Position numbers and translations under genes: made by a program
Source of the DNA: an uncultured bacterium
GTDB taxonomy: Bacteria; Patescibacteriota; Microgenomatia; UBA1400; UBA12108
Length of the DNA stretch: 64,000 nt
NCBI GenBank assembly: GCA_963981525.1
Contig: CAXCDZ010000001.1
Location: 11,217 to 75,216 of the forward strand
Direction of reading: 5' to 3'
The notes under the pieces: model-generated
What the model was told of the DNA's origin: nothing
The model's database searches: none
The model's input: only the letters and a program-made list of their open reading frames with translations
Part shown: in pieces, positions 10,132 to 18,586 of the stretch
Layout: the number at the start of each line of letters is the position of its first letter
Numbering within the stretch: position 1 is the stretch's first letter

Positions 10132-10425
10132 CTAAACAAATCTGATCTGGAGAGTCTTACCTAATGCCCTGGCGATGCGATCAACGAGCTGGATTGAAGG
10201 ACTAACACTCATAGATTCGATCCGGGAGATCACGGCCTGAGTAGTACCTGCAAGCTTTGCTAATTCCTGTTGTGTTAGATTGTTAGCAATACGCGCGCTA
10301 ATAAGCTGTCTTCCCACTTGATATTCAGTCTCACTGTTTTGCCACTCCTCTTCAAATTTGGGAGATTTGCGTAGCCTAGCAATTGTGCGATCTAGATCGT
10401 CCTGTTTTTTATTCATAATTTGCAT
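10132..10425 (-). CDS. higA: XRE-family helix-turn-helix antitoxin (HigA-like)
   Basis: 'ISARIANNLTQQELAKLAGTTQAVISRIE' is a canonical HTH_XRE. Lies immediately downstream of a Gp49/HigB-like toxin gene. Confidence 0.7.
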   Translation of the reverse strand: MQIMNKKQDDLDRTIARLRKSPKFEEEWQNSETEYQVGRQLISARIANNLTQQELAKLAGTTQAVISRIESMSVSPSIQLVDRIARALGKTLQIRFV

Positions 10426-10447
10426 TATATCTGATTAGATATAAATG

Positions 10448-10768
10448 TCAAGTGATCTTTGTTAACTGCTTTTGCCCAAACACTAGATCTTTTCTGCTAG
10501 TTGATCTGCTAGTTTTGCGAAAAATATGCAAGATATAAACTATACTTTTCTTTTGATAAACAAAAATCCTGGTATTATGCTTACCAAGAATACGCACTTC
10601 CCAATAATCATATCCACGCATTTTTTTAAGATCACGAATAGCTGGACTAACTCCATACTCTTGCAAGTATTGGAGTTTGCGAGCTATCTTACGTTGCTCT
10701 GCCACAGAAACCTTGTCCAAATACCCATCTAGATCAATTAGATAATCTATCTGATAACTCATGCTCAA
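10448..10768 (-). CDS. higB: Type II toxin, RelE/HigB (phage Gp49-like, DUF891) family
   Basis: 'WEVRILGKHNTRIFVYQKKSIVYILHIFRKTSRSTSRKDLVFGQKQL' matches the Gp49-like killer-protein signature. Toxin-upstream/XRE-antitoxin-downstream order is typical of HigBA. Confidence 0.65.
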   Translation of the reverse strand: MSMSYQIDYLIDLDGYLDKVSVAEQRKIARKLQYLQEYGVSPAIRDLKKMRGYDYWEVRILGKHNTRIFVYQKKSIVYILHIFRKTSRSTSRKDLVFGQKQLTKIT

Positions 10769-10822
10769 TCCTTTCTCACTAATCCATTACTAACTCCAGT
10801 ATTACCCATATACTACCCGAAG

Positions 10823-11953
10823 TCAAGTATTGCAAGAAAACTTAGAAATCACATATGACATGATGATGTACATGCTTGGCAAGATTGGCATGAGGTAACG
10901 AGGGAAGACGAGACGGAGAGAGATAAATGTGAGATAAACGATGATCCAGGTGAAGTGAAGGAGAATTGTTCTGTTGGCTCGAAGACGTTTCTGAAAGAGT
11001 GAGGTGAAAGTTGCAAGAAGTGAGAGAGGCCAGAGCAGGCTCCAGCCGGGAGCTGGAATAAGTCCGTGATCTCCATACCACTCACGCCACTGACCAGTTA
11101 GGACTATGCGAAAGATCTCTCCTTTGGGATATTCTGGTACGTATGAGTGGTAGAGCCTGAGAATACTAACGTGAAGCTCCACAAAGTCGACTATGCTATG
11201 ACCACGAACAAAAAACATGATGTAACCAGCTAGATAAGTTAGCAGACTGATATATGAGAGTTTGATGAATCTGATAATCTTCTGTCTATCTGAAACATAG
11301 AGATAGATAAGGGAAGAGATTGCTAGAACTAGAGCAACAGAGAATGACTTGGAGAGTGCGATGAGTGCCAGAATGACCATACTGAGCCTGGGCCGAGTGG
11401 AAAAAATGTAGAGATAAAGAGCGATGAGAGTAGTCTGGATGAGGTCGAGGTAGGGACGCACAAGCTGCTCCCGAACGAGTTGATCAGATACTAAGAGTAG
11501 TGGGGAAGCGAGAGACCACCACCTACTCATGAGGCGGCGAGAAGTAAGATATGTAAGAAGAAGGAGAGAGGCAAATGATAGGTACTGAACTAGCATGGGA
11601 CTGCCAAACAATAGTGTGGAGAGACCAAAAAGATATTTCCCGAGTGGTTGAGTCTCTGGATTGATGCTTGTTGGGTCTGAGCCTTGGATGTATTCGTACC
11701 CGGCGAGAGTATAGAGATCGGAATCGCTAATATTCCCATCGAATATACCTTCCTGATTGCAATACGTCCGATATGTGGAAATCATCTTATCCCAGCCATG
11801 TTGAGCTCGATAGTCTGGCAGGCAATATTGAGAAAATGAATATTTCTCTTGAAGATGAGAGACGTTGAGTTTGTTTAGATAATAAGATGCGCCAAGCATG
11901 AACGTGAGAGTAAGAAAGGCGGCAAATATTACCTTGAGTTTGCTATTAGACAT
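10823..11953 (-). CDS. Polytopic membrane protein, probable GT-C (PMT_2-like, degenerate DE loop)
   Basis: 'NPETQPLGKYLFGLS' resembles the PMT/ArnT 'KPPLGYWL' loop. Multi-TM. Confidence 0.45.
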   Translation of the reverse strand: MSNSKLKVIFAAFLTLTFMLGASYYLNKLNVSHLQEKYSFSQYCLPDYRAQHGWDKMISTYRTYCNQEGIFDGNISDSDLYTLAGYEYIQGSDPTSINPETQPLGKYLFGLSTLLFGSPMLVQYLSFASLLLLTYLTSRRLMSRWWSLASPLLLVSDQLVREQLVRPYLDLIQTTLIALYLYIFSTRPRLSMVILALIALSKSFSVALVLAISSLIYLYVSDRQKIIRFIKLSYISLLTYLAGYIMFFVRGHSIVDFVELHVSILRLYHSYVPEYPKGEIFRIVLTGQWREWYGDHGLIPAPGWSLLWPLSLLATFTSLFQKRLRANRTILLHFTWIIVYLTFISLRLVFPRYLMPILPSMYIIMSYVISKFSCNT

Positions 11954-13479
11954 TGAGTTGCATCCATTGAGTTCATGTTTTGTAAAACAAATATTTTGGG
12001 GATATCAGATGATTGCTGGTAACAATTATCGAGGACTTTTGACCAATTAAAGACAGTTTTTTCAAATTGTGGAACGTCCATATCGGTAAGGAAGGTGTTG
12101 TAGATAACAATTTGCGGGGGGTTGTTAATTACCTGAGTGTAATACTCAAGCCTTTGCCATTTTGCAAGAGTGATGTTGGCGAGGAAATGCCTGGTGCAGG
12201 TCCTGCGTTGTGTGTGTACCGGAGCCTCAGCTGCCCCCCAGCCGTAAACAGAGACAATACAGTCACTACTTGTAGTGTTCTCTAAGATGAACTCCTCTTC
12301 TGGCTTGAGCTTGACTTGCCAAACTATACTTGTCGGGAATTGTGTCGGAATATAAGCAAGAGCGAGTTTTTGATTTGGCAAAACGACGATAATAAATGTA
12401 AGTAGGAAGAGTGTGCTGACAACAAACTTTGAAAAGCGACCCTTTAGGACAGAGGTTGTGAGGGATGATGCCCAGTCAGTAATTATTGCGATAGTAAGTA
12501 TTAGGGGAGGTATAATCTGCACCAGGTAGTGTGAGCTAATGCTCCGTCCTGCTGCAAAACCTATAAAAGAACCAATTGAGTAAAATATAACCACAAGCTG
12601 AGGAAGATTGACGCGGTTAATGAAGGTGAGCTTGATAAGTGAGATGAGTGCGCCAAAAGATAGGAGCAAAATAATAGCAGGAGCGTAATTTAATTCTGTG
12701 ATGAGCTTGGAGATAATGGTGATAGTTTCTGGGGTGTGAATAATTAACTGTCTAATATTTAGGAATCCAGATTTGTATCTAAGCACCTCTAGATATGATG
12801 GGAGAGCGCTACTTGAAAGTAGATATGCTGTAATAACTGCGAGGCTTGAGATAAATCCCATTACAAACTTAAGTGTCTGAATAATTACTGTTTTGTACTT
12901 AGCTTGTTGGAATGCAAAAAGCATAAAAGGAATGATGGCAAAAACAGTGAATCCAAAAGGGTCTTTCATTTGGCTTGCCGTGGCAAAAGCAAAACCTGAC
13001 CAAAAAAGACTAGGCTTGTCCTGAATAAGCAGTTTTAAGCCAAGGAGGGAAAGTAACAAGCCAAACATCTCAGAGCCAATTAGAAGTGACTCTATCAGGG
13101 GAGAAAATAGAATTATTGAGATAATGACTGTTGATAGGAGAGAGTACTCTCTTGAGAGAATCTTGGTAGTAATCTTGTAAAGTAGTAGTGATATCAAGAA
13201 GTTGAGAAGTAGGTGGAGAAACTTGAATGATCCCAAGCTTTGGCCAAAAATACTTGCCCAAGAACTAACTACGAGCATAATTCCTGGCGGCTTGTATTCC
13301 CAGTAATCTAGATAGGGAACTCCGTTATTATTAAGCGGAGAAAGCGCAGGTAGAAGAAGCGAAGCTGTGTCGCCTGAGAATTTGTTATCAGGAAATCTGT
13401 TAACAATATTTAGCACCGGAAGAATGGCGAGAAGAAGAATAAATATTATTTTTTGAAGTTTTTTTGACTTTAGCTGCAT
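11929..13479 (-). CDS. GT-C fold glycosyltransferase, ArnT/PMT_2-like
   Basis: 'FPDNKFSGDTASLL...YWEYKPPGIMLVV' (EKPPG loop as in ArnT). ~12 TM. Confidence 0.55.
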   Translation of the reverse strand: MQLKSKKLQKIIFILLLAILPVLNIVNRFPDNKFSGDTASLLLPALSPLNNNGVPYLDYWEYKPPGIMLVVSSWASIFGQSLGSFKFLHLLLNFLISLLLYKITTKILSREYSLLSTVIISIILFSPLIESLLIGSEMFGLLLSLLGLKLLIQDKPSLFWSGFAFATASQMKDPFGFTVFAIIPFMLFAFQQAKYKTVIIQTLKFVMGFISSLAVITAYLLSSSALPSYLEVLRYKSGFLNIRQLIIHTPETITIISKLITELNYAPAIILLLSFGALISLIKLTFINRVNLPQLVVIFYSIGSFIGFAAGRSISSHYLVQIIPPLILTIAIITDWASSLTTSVLKGRFSKFVVSTLFLLTFIIVVLPNQKLALAYIPTQFPTSIVWQVKLKPEEEFILENTTSSDCIVSVYGWGAAEAPVHTQRRTCTRHFLANITLAKWQRLEYYTQVINNPPQIVIYNTFLTDMDVPQFEKTVFNWSKVLDNCYQQSSDIPKIFVLQNMNSMDATQCLIANSR

Positions 13480-13488
13480 GATTGCTAT

Positions 13489-15060
13489 TTATGATTGCGA
13501 TTTATTTTTGGAGAATAGTGATTTTGCCAGGATAATAACTGAGGCGAAATAGGTGCTTATCCATAGATACCACCATGATCCTTTGACCAGAAGTGGCTTG
13601 TATTGACTCAACTGAGTAAGCAGTGTGGGAATGGAGGTTAGATCGTAGTAGCTATTAACTAAGGTGTGCATACCTCCAAGCTGGAGCCAAACAAATATGA
13701 GACCTATGAGAATAGCGAGAATATTTTTGATCACGCGATTATCTGTAAAACTCGTGATGCCAAGTATGACTAGTGCCAGTTGAGAGACTATTAGGGGATA
13801 ATAATATCTAGCCTGAACACCCAATGAATATCCGAGTACGCGTGCAAATTGGTAGTCGTAAAGGAATATCCCCATTACATAAACAATGAGAGAGAGAATG
13901 AGGAAGGTGGGAATTGTTAACTCTGAGAATCTCTTATGCTTGATTTTTTTGAGATAAATTACACTAATGCCAATGATTGATACTAGGACTAGTCGATTGG
14001 ATAGCTGCCAGTAAATACTAGGCAGTACAATGCCAAGCCACTTAAACACACCCCAATACCAGACAATGTTTTGTGAGTTTAGTTTGTGAAAAGAAAATTT
14101 AGCGAAAGCTATTAATGTTGGGGGGTTAGAGGTTGTGGTGGTTATTAACTCGGCCCCAGGCAGCGTACCACTACTTAGGAGTGAAAAAATCTTAGGGAAT
14201 TCTTGCCATCCAGCAACAAGAGCGATAATAACTATCACTCTCATGAGAGCAGAAAAATGAGATCTAATATTCTTGTCCATTCTCAGACGGAGTACTAAGG
14301 CAATCAGGAGAATGGGAACAAATAAGTATCCCTGGGTTTTTGTAAGGAAGGTGAGGCCAGCGACAATTCCGATGGTGTTGGCTAACCTTGCACTCCACCC
14401 GGCGTTAATCACTCTGAGAGATAAATATATAAGCATGGTAAACAAGAGATTAAATAAATTGTCACTGTTTACACCTGAGCCTACAAAGGTAAGCATGGGA
14501 TGGAGAGAGGTTGTAATCGCAAGAACTGTGGGCAAATTGCTTTTTTTGGGAAAAACTTCTTTCCCAATAAGATATGCAAAATATATGAGAGTAGTTGATA
14601 AGAATATGCTCCCGACCCTAACTAGGAATAAGCGAGAGATGATATCCCTGTTTTTTGCGATCCGATAGAAGATTGAGCTATATGCGTAGTAGAGGGGTGG
14701 GTATCGCGCAGCTTCTCTCCAAACGTATGAAGAGGAGTTGGAGTCACTATTTAACTCACTGATAGCAAGTTCGTTTATTCCGAAGAGAGAGTCTGAGTAT
14801 TCTGGATGATACTCGCTATGGTAGGTATATTTATTGTTCCCGAGTTCATCCCGATATGTCCCTAGCAAATTTTCAGTTTGTAATAGCTCCTCAGACAAAT
14901 CATCTCCACTCCCTGTTGGCATCTTATCTTCGCTAGTGAAGTACTGTACTGAAGCAAGGTGAGCTTGCTCATCCGGAAACTCTAAGGGGAGAACTACCAA
15001 ACTCCAGGTGAGTTGGATAAAAAAAGAAGATAATATGATTAAGAAGATTTTTTTATTCAT
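13489..15060 (-). CDS. GT-C fold glycosyltransferase, ArnT/PMT_2-like
   Basis: 'LEFPDEQAHLASVQYF' DE motif and '...ARYPPLYYAY'. Polytopic. Confidence 0.65.
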   Translation of the reverse strand: MNKKIFLIILSSFFIQLTWSLVVLPLEFPDEQAHLASVQYFTSEDKMPTGSGDDLSEELLQTENLLGTYRDELGNNKYTYHSEYHPEYSDSLFGINELAISELNSDSNSSSYVWREAARYPPLYYAYSSIFYRIAKNRDIISRLFLVRVGSIFLSTTLIYFAYLIGKEVFPKKSNLPTVLAITTSLHPMLTFVGSGVNSDNLFNLLFTMLIYLSLRVINAGWSARLANTIGIVAGLTFLTKTQGYLFVPILLIALVLRLRMDKNIRSHFSALMRVIVIIALVAGWQEFPKIFSLLSSGTLPGAELITTTTSNPPTLIAFAKFSFHKLNSQNIVWYWGVFKWLGIVLPSIYWQLSNRLVLVSIIGISVIYLKKIKHKRFSELTIPTFLILSLIVYVMGIFLYDYQFARVLGYSLGVQARYYYPLIVSQLALVILGITSFTDNRVIKNILAILIGLIFVWLQLGGMHTLVNSYYDLTSIPTLLTQLSQYKPLLVKGSWWYLWISTYFASVIILAKSLFSKNKSQS

Positions 15061-16040
15061 GATTGTTTGGAATACCAGGCCCAGGAATCTATAATTGCAT
15101 CATGAATATCCAGATGTATTGGCTTCCATGATGAGATACGCTGGAATTTGCTTGAATCTGCGATCACCCTGGGTGAGTCACCCGACCTTGCGCTAGCGAG
15201 TTTGGTCACGATTTTTTGACCAGTAACTTCCTCCACAGCCTGAATAATCTCCATGACACTATATCCCCTACCCGTGCCTAGATTGAATAAGTCTGAGGAG
15301 TTGCCGCCCCTAAGATAGGCCAAGGCCGCAATGTGGGCATTTGCCAGGTCATCGATGTGAATATAGTCTCTGACACAAGTTCCGTCTGGGGTAGAGTAAC
15401 CAGTCCCGAATATCTCTAGAGCCCCTTCCCTGTCTGAGACTACCCGAAAACAGTTGGAGATAAGGTGGTGAGAGTGTTCTGGATTTTGGCCAAGGTGACC
15501 TGCTGGGTCAGCTCCTGCAACATTAAAGTATCGAAGGATTGCATAGTTGGAGTTGCTAGTCTTGGCCGAGTTAATGAGGGAGCACTCTGCCTCAAGTTTG
15601 GTGGCTCCATATGGATTAATTGGGTTTGGAATGCAGTCCTCAGTTATTGACTCAGACGAGACCTCCCCGTATACGGCAGCAGTACTAGAGTAAATGATGT
15701 GAGGGACTTGCTTGTTAACAATATAGCTCCATAGTTTTGCAGATTTCTCACTGTTGTTGAGCTGATATTTTTCTGGGTACTTGATGGACTCTGGCACGCT
15801 AATAGAGGCTGCAAAATGAATGACAGCATTAATCTGATTACGCGCAAACACTCGATCAAGAATAGTGGGGTCTGCAAAGTCACCCACAACTAACTCAGCT
15901 TGCTTGGGGAGGACATCTCGCGATCCAGTTGAGAGATTATCAATGACGATTACTTGCTCTCCCATCGCTATGAGCTTCTTGACAGTGTGGGAGCCTATAT
16001 ACCCACAACCACCTGTTATAAGTATTTTGGTTTTGTGCAT
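15057..16040 (-). CDS. galE: UDP-glucose 4-epimerase
   Basis: 'ILITGGCGYIGSHT', 'YSSTAAVYGE', 'YGATKLEAE' (YxxxK), 'LRYFNVAGA', 'GTGYSTPDGTCVRDYIHIDDLANAH'. Full-length GalE signature set. Confidence 0.85.
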   Translation of the reverse strand: MHKTKILITGGCGYIGSHTVKKLIAMGEQVIVIDNLSTGSRDVLPKQAELVVGDFADPTILDRVFARNQINAVIHFAASISVPESIKYPEKYQLNNSEKSAKLWSYIVNKQVPHIIYSSTAAVYGEVSSESITEDCIPNPINPYGATKLEAECSLINSAKTSNSNYAILRYFNVAGADPAGHLGQNPEHSHHLISNCFRVVSDREGALEIFGTGYSTPDGTCVRDYIHIDDLANAHIAALAYLRGGNSSDLFNLGTGRGYSVMEIIQAVEEVTGQKIVTKLASARSGDSPRVIADSSKFQRISSWKPIHLDIHDAIIDSWAWYSKQS

Positions 16041-16121
16041 GGATCGTTACCTGTATATTCTTGAGCTAATAATCTATAATTAGAAATCATTATAGTATAG
16101 GATCTCTATGAAAGGGCGTAC

Positions 16122-17042
16122 ATGAAGAGTTTAGTGTCTTTGGTGATACCAACATATAACGAAGTGGGTAATCTCGAAAAGCTATATGAGGAGATTGTTA
16201 GAAATCTAAGTAGTAAATACAGTTATGAAATAATTTTTGTCGATGATGGTAGCACCGACGAATCTCTAAAAATCATCAAAAAAATAAAAAAGAATGATAA
16301 GAGAATCAAGTTTATTTCTTTTACAAGAAATTTTGGCCACCAATACGCGCTAAAGGCAGGTCTAGATAACGCGAAGGGAGACTGCGTAATTTCTCTGGAC
16401 GCGGATCTTCAGCACCCACCATCCATGATTTCAGAAATGTTAAAAGAGTGGAAAAAAGGATTTAAGATTGTGTATACAAAGAGAGTCAGGGAAGACAATA
16501 CTTCTTACTACAAACTGATAACCTCCAAGCTTTTCTATTATATTATTAATAAGCTATCTCAAGTCCGGATAGAGTATGGAATGGCTGATTTTCGCTTACT
16601 GGATAGAAAAGTCGTTGAGATCATCAAAAATACAAGTGAGTCGGCTTTTTTCTTGCGCGGATTAGTTGCATGGACTGGCTTTCCAAGTAAGTCAATTACC
16701 TACACGCCAGATGAGCGATATTCAGGGCAAACCAAGTATTCTCTCCACAAAATGATGAATATGGCGATTGATGCGGTCACGTCGTTTAGCATTGTACCTT
16801 TACGATTAGCTACTATTCTTGGATTTTTTATCTCACTAGTGAGTGGGATATATGCCTTGTACGCAGTGATTGTGTGGATTACTGACAGCAAGGTGATTAC
16901 TGGCTGGCCATCAGTAATAGTGAGCGTTTTGTTTATTGGTGGAATGCAGCTAATGATGTTGGGAATAGTGGGTGAGTATGTTGGGAAAGTGTTTTTGGAA
17001 TCAAAAAAACGACCTCTATACATTATCGGGGAGATGGAGTGA
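16122..17042 (+). CDS. Polyprenol-phosphate glycosyltransferase, GtrB/ArnC/DPM1-like GT2 with C-terminal TM helices
   Basis: '[22 protein letters not shown]...EIIFVDDGSTDES...FTRNFGHQYALKAGLDNAKGDCVISLDADLQHPP' plus two C-terminal hydrophobic helices. Classic bactoprenol-P sugar synthase architecture. Confidence 0.85.
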   Translation: MKSLVSLVIPTYNEVGNLEKLYEEIVRNLSSKYSYEIIFVDDGSTDESLKIIKKIKKNDKRIKFISFTRNFGHQYALKAGLDNAKGDCVISLDADLQHPPSMISEMLKEWKKGFKIVYTKRVREDNTSYYKLITSKLFYYIINKLSQVRIEYGMADFRLLDRKVVEIIKNTSESAFFLRGLVAWTGFPSKSITYTPDERYSGQTKYSLHKMMNMAIDAVTSFSIVPLRLATILGFFISLVSGIYALYAVIVWITDSKVITGWPSVIVSVLFIGGMQLMMLGIVGEYVGKVFLESKKRPLYIIGEME

Positions 17043-18586
17043 CGAAGAGGATAATTTTTCTTGCTTTTAGCATTGTGGTAGGAATGTTCTTGGCTGGGAA
17101 TAATCTAAAAGCCGAGTTTGGGCCAATTGATGATCATGAAGTTGTTAACTGGCTAGGGGCAGATAGAAAGATACTGTTAAGTGAAATTCCCCAAATGCTC
17201 AAGGAGACTGAGCTTGGTAGATTTGGCAAATATGCCAGGTACAGACCCAGCTACTACACACTCCGGATCGGAGAGAGCTATCTGTGGGGAGGCAATGCTA
17301 GCCTGTGGTACATGGCAAGAATTGTGATGTTTGTGGTGGCTATCTATCTCACATTACTAATATTATCGAGTTATGTCTGGTGGCCAGTTGCCCTATTTGG
17401 TGTCTTACACATACTTGAGCAAAATTATTGGGGAGATATCTTATCTAGACTCGGACCATCAGAGATTTACTCAGTTCTAGGCCTACCTATGTATATATAT
17501 GGACTAATTCGGATATGGAACCCTAAGAGCACTAATAATAGAGCCATGTTCATCATGTACTTTGTGGGGTTTGTGATTTGTGTCGGGGCAAAAGAGAATT
17601 TTTCTTTTCTGTTGATACCAACCCTACTCTTATCTGGCAGGCTTATCAAAGAAAAGCGAATGAGCGGCTGGAGACTAGCAGGATCGATTGCAATGATTGG
17701 TTATGTGACAACTATATTTGCCTCGATTGCGATTAACACCCTCAAGACAAGCAGTGATATCTACGGAGCGGATGTCTCAATTGCGTCGCGGCTGATAGCA
17801 TATATTGATAGCGTTAAGAATATAATCGACGGATTTGTGACAAAACCCATGTTCTTTTCGGCAATTGCAGCCATGCTACTAATACTTGCATATATCCCAA
17901 GAGAGCGAATATACAAGTTGTTTATGACTAGCATCCGCTATGCTGCGGTGGCGGCAGCGTTTTTGCTAGTTGGAGCTTCGCAGCATGTTTATTACGGGGC
18001 AATATTCCCCACCAATATCCGATACGATTTCCCAATCTTAGTCATCCCAACCATACTAATTATTATATTGACTAAGTATTTGGTAGCGGCTACGAGTGAT
18101 CTTGGCTTAAAAATTGCTCGACCCGCAATATATCTAGGGACATTGATTGCAATAGCTCTTCTTATACAACCGACCCACTACCTAGAAACCAGGACTAAGT
18201 CTATCCAGAACGTCGAGATGACAACTAGTTTTATGGGTAAGTTGAGAGCTGATGCGAGACGGATAAGTGAGAATCCGTCATCCCCTCTAATTATCAACAG
18301 TGAAAGACCAATTGATTATGAAATGATCTCCTCCTTACAACGATTCTTAGTATACTCCGGAGTTAATAGCCCAGTCTATCTTAGATATATATCTAACCCA
18401 GACTTACGAGATTCGACCTTAGGACAACTGCTGGACGATCGATTAAGGGTAGTGGCTGATCAGGGAAGTTCTGAGTATATTCGTGGGTTTACTGCGTATA
18501 ATGATCAGCTAATAATGGGTGACTGTTACAGTATCCTGGTAGGTGAAGTCGAAAGTGAGAGTTGTGTGAACCTAAGTCGTTACTGA
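17039..18586 (+). CDS. Polytopic membrane protein, GtrC-like candidate GT-C transferase paired with upstream GtrB-like gene
   Basis: 515 aa, many TM. 'GPIDDHEVVNWLG' acidic first loop. Start overlaps the stop of the GtrB-like gene (ATGA). Confidence 0.45.
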   Translation: MTKRIIFLAFSIVVGMFLAGNNLKAEFGPIDDHEVVNWLGADRKILLSEIPQMLKETELGRFGKYARYRPSYYTLRIGESYLWGGNASLWYMARIVMFVVAIYLTLLILSSYVWWPVALFGVLHILEQNYWGDILSRLGPSEIYSVLGLPMYIYGLIRIWNPKSTNNRAMFIMYFVGFVICVGAKENFSFLLIPTLLLSGRLIKEKRMSGWRLAGSIAMIGYVTTIFASIAINTLKTSSDIYGADVSIASRLIAYIDSVKNIIDGFVTKPMFFSAIAAMLLILAYIPRERIYKLFMTSIRYAAVAAAFLLVGASQHVYYGAIFPTNIRYDFPILVIPTILIIILTKYLVAATSDLGLKIARPAIYLGTLIAIALLIQPTHYLETRTKSIQNVEMTTSFMGKLRADARRISENPSSPLIINSERPIDYEMISSLQRFLVYSGVNSPVYLRYISNPDLRDSTLGQLLDDRLRVVADQGSSEYIRGFTAYNDQLIMGDCYSILVGEVESESCVNLSRY

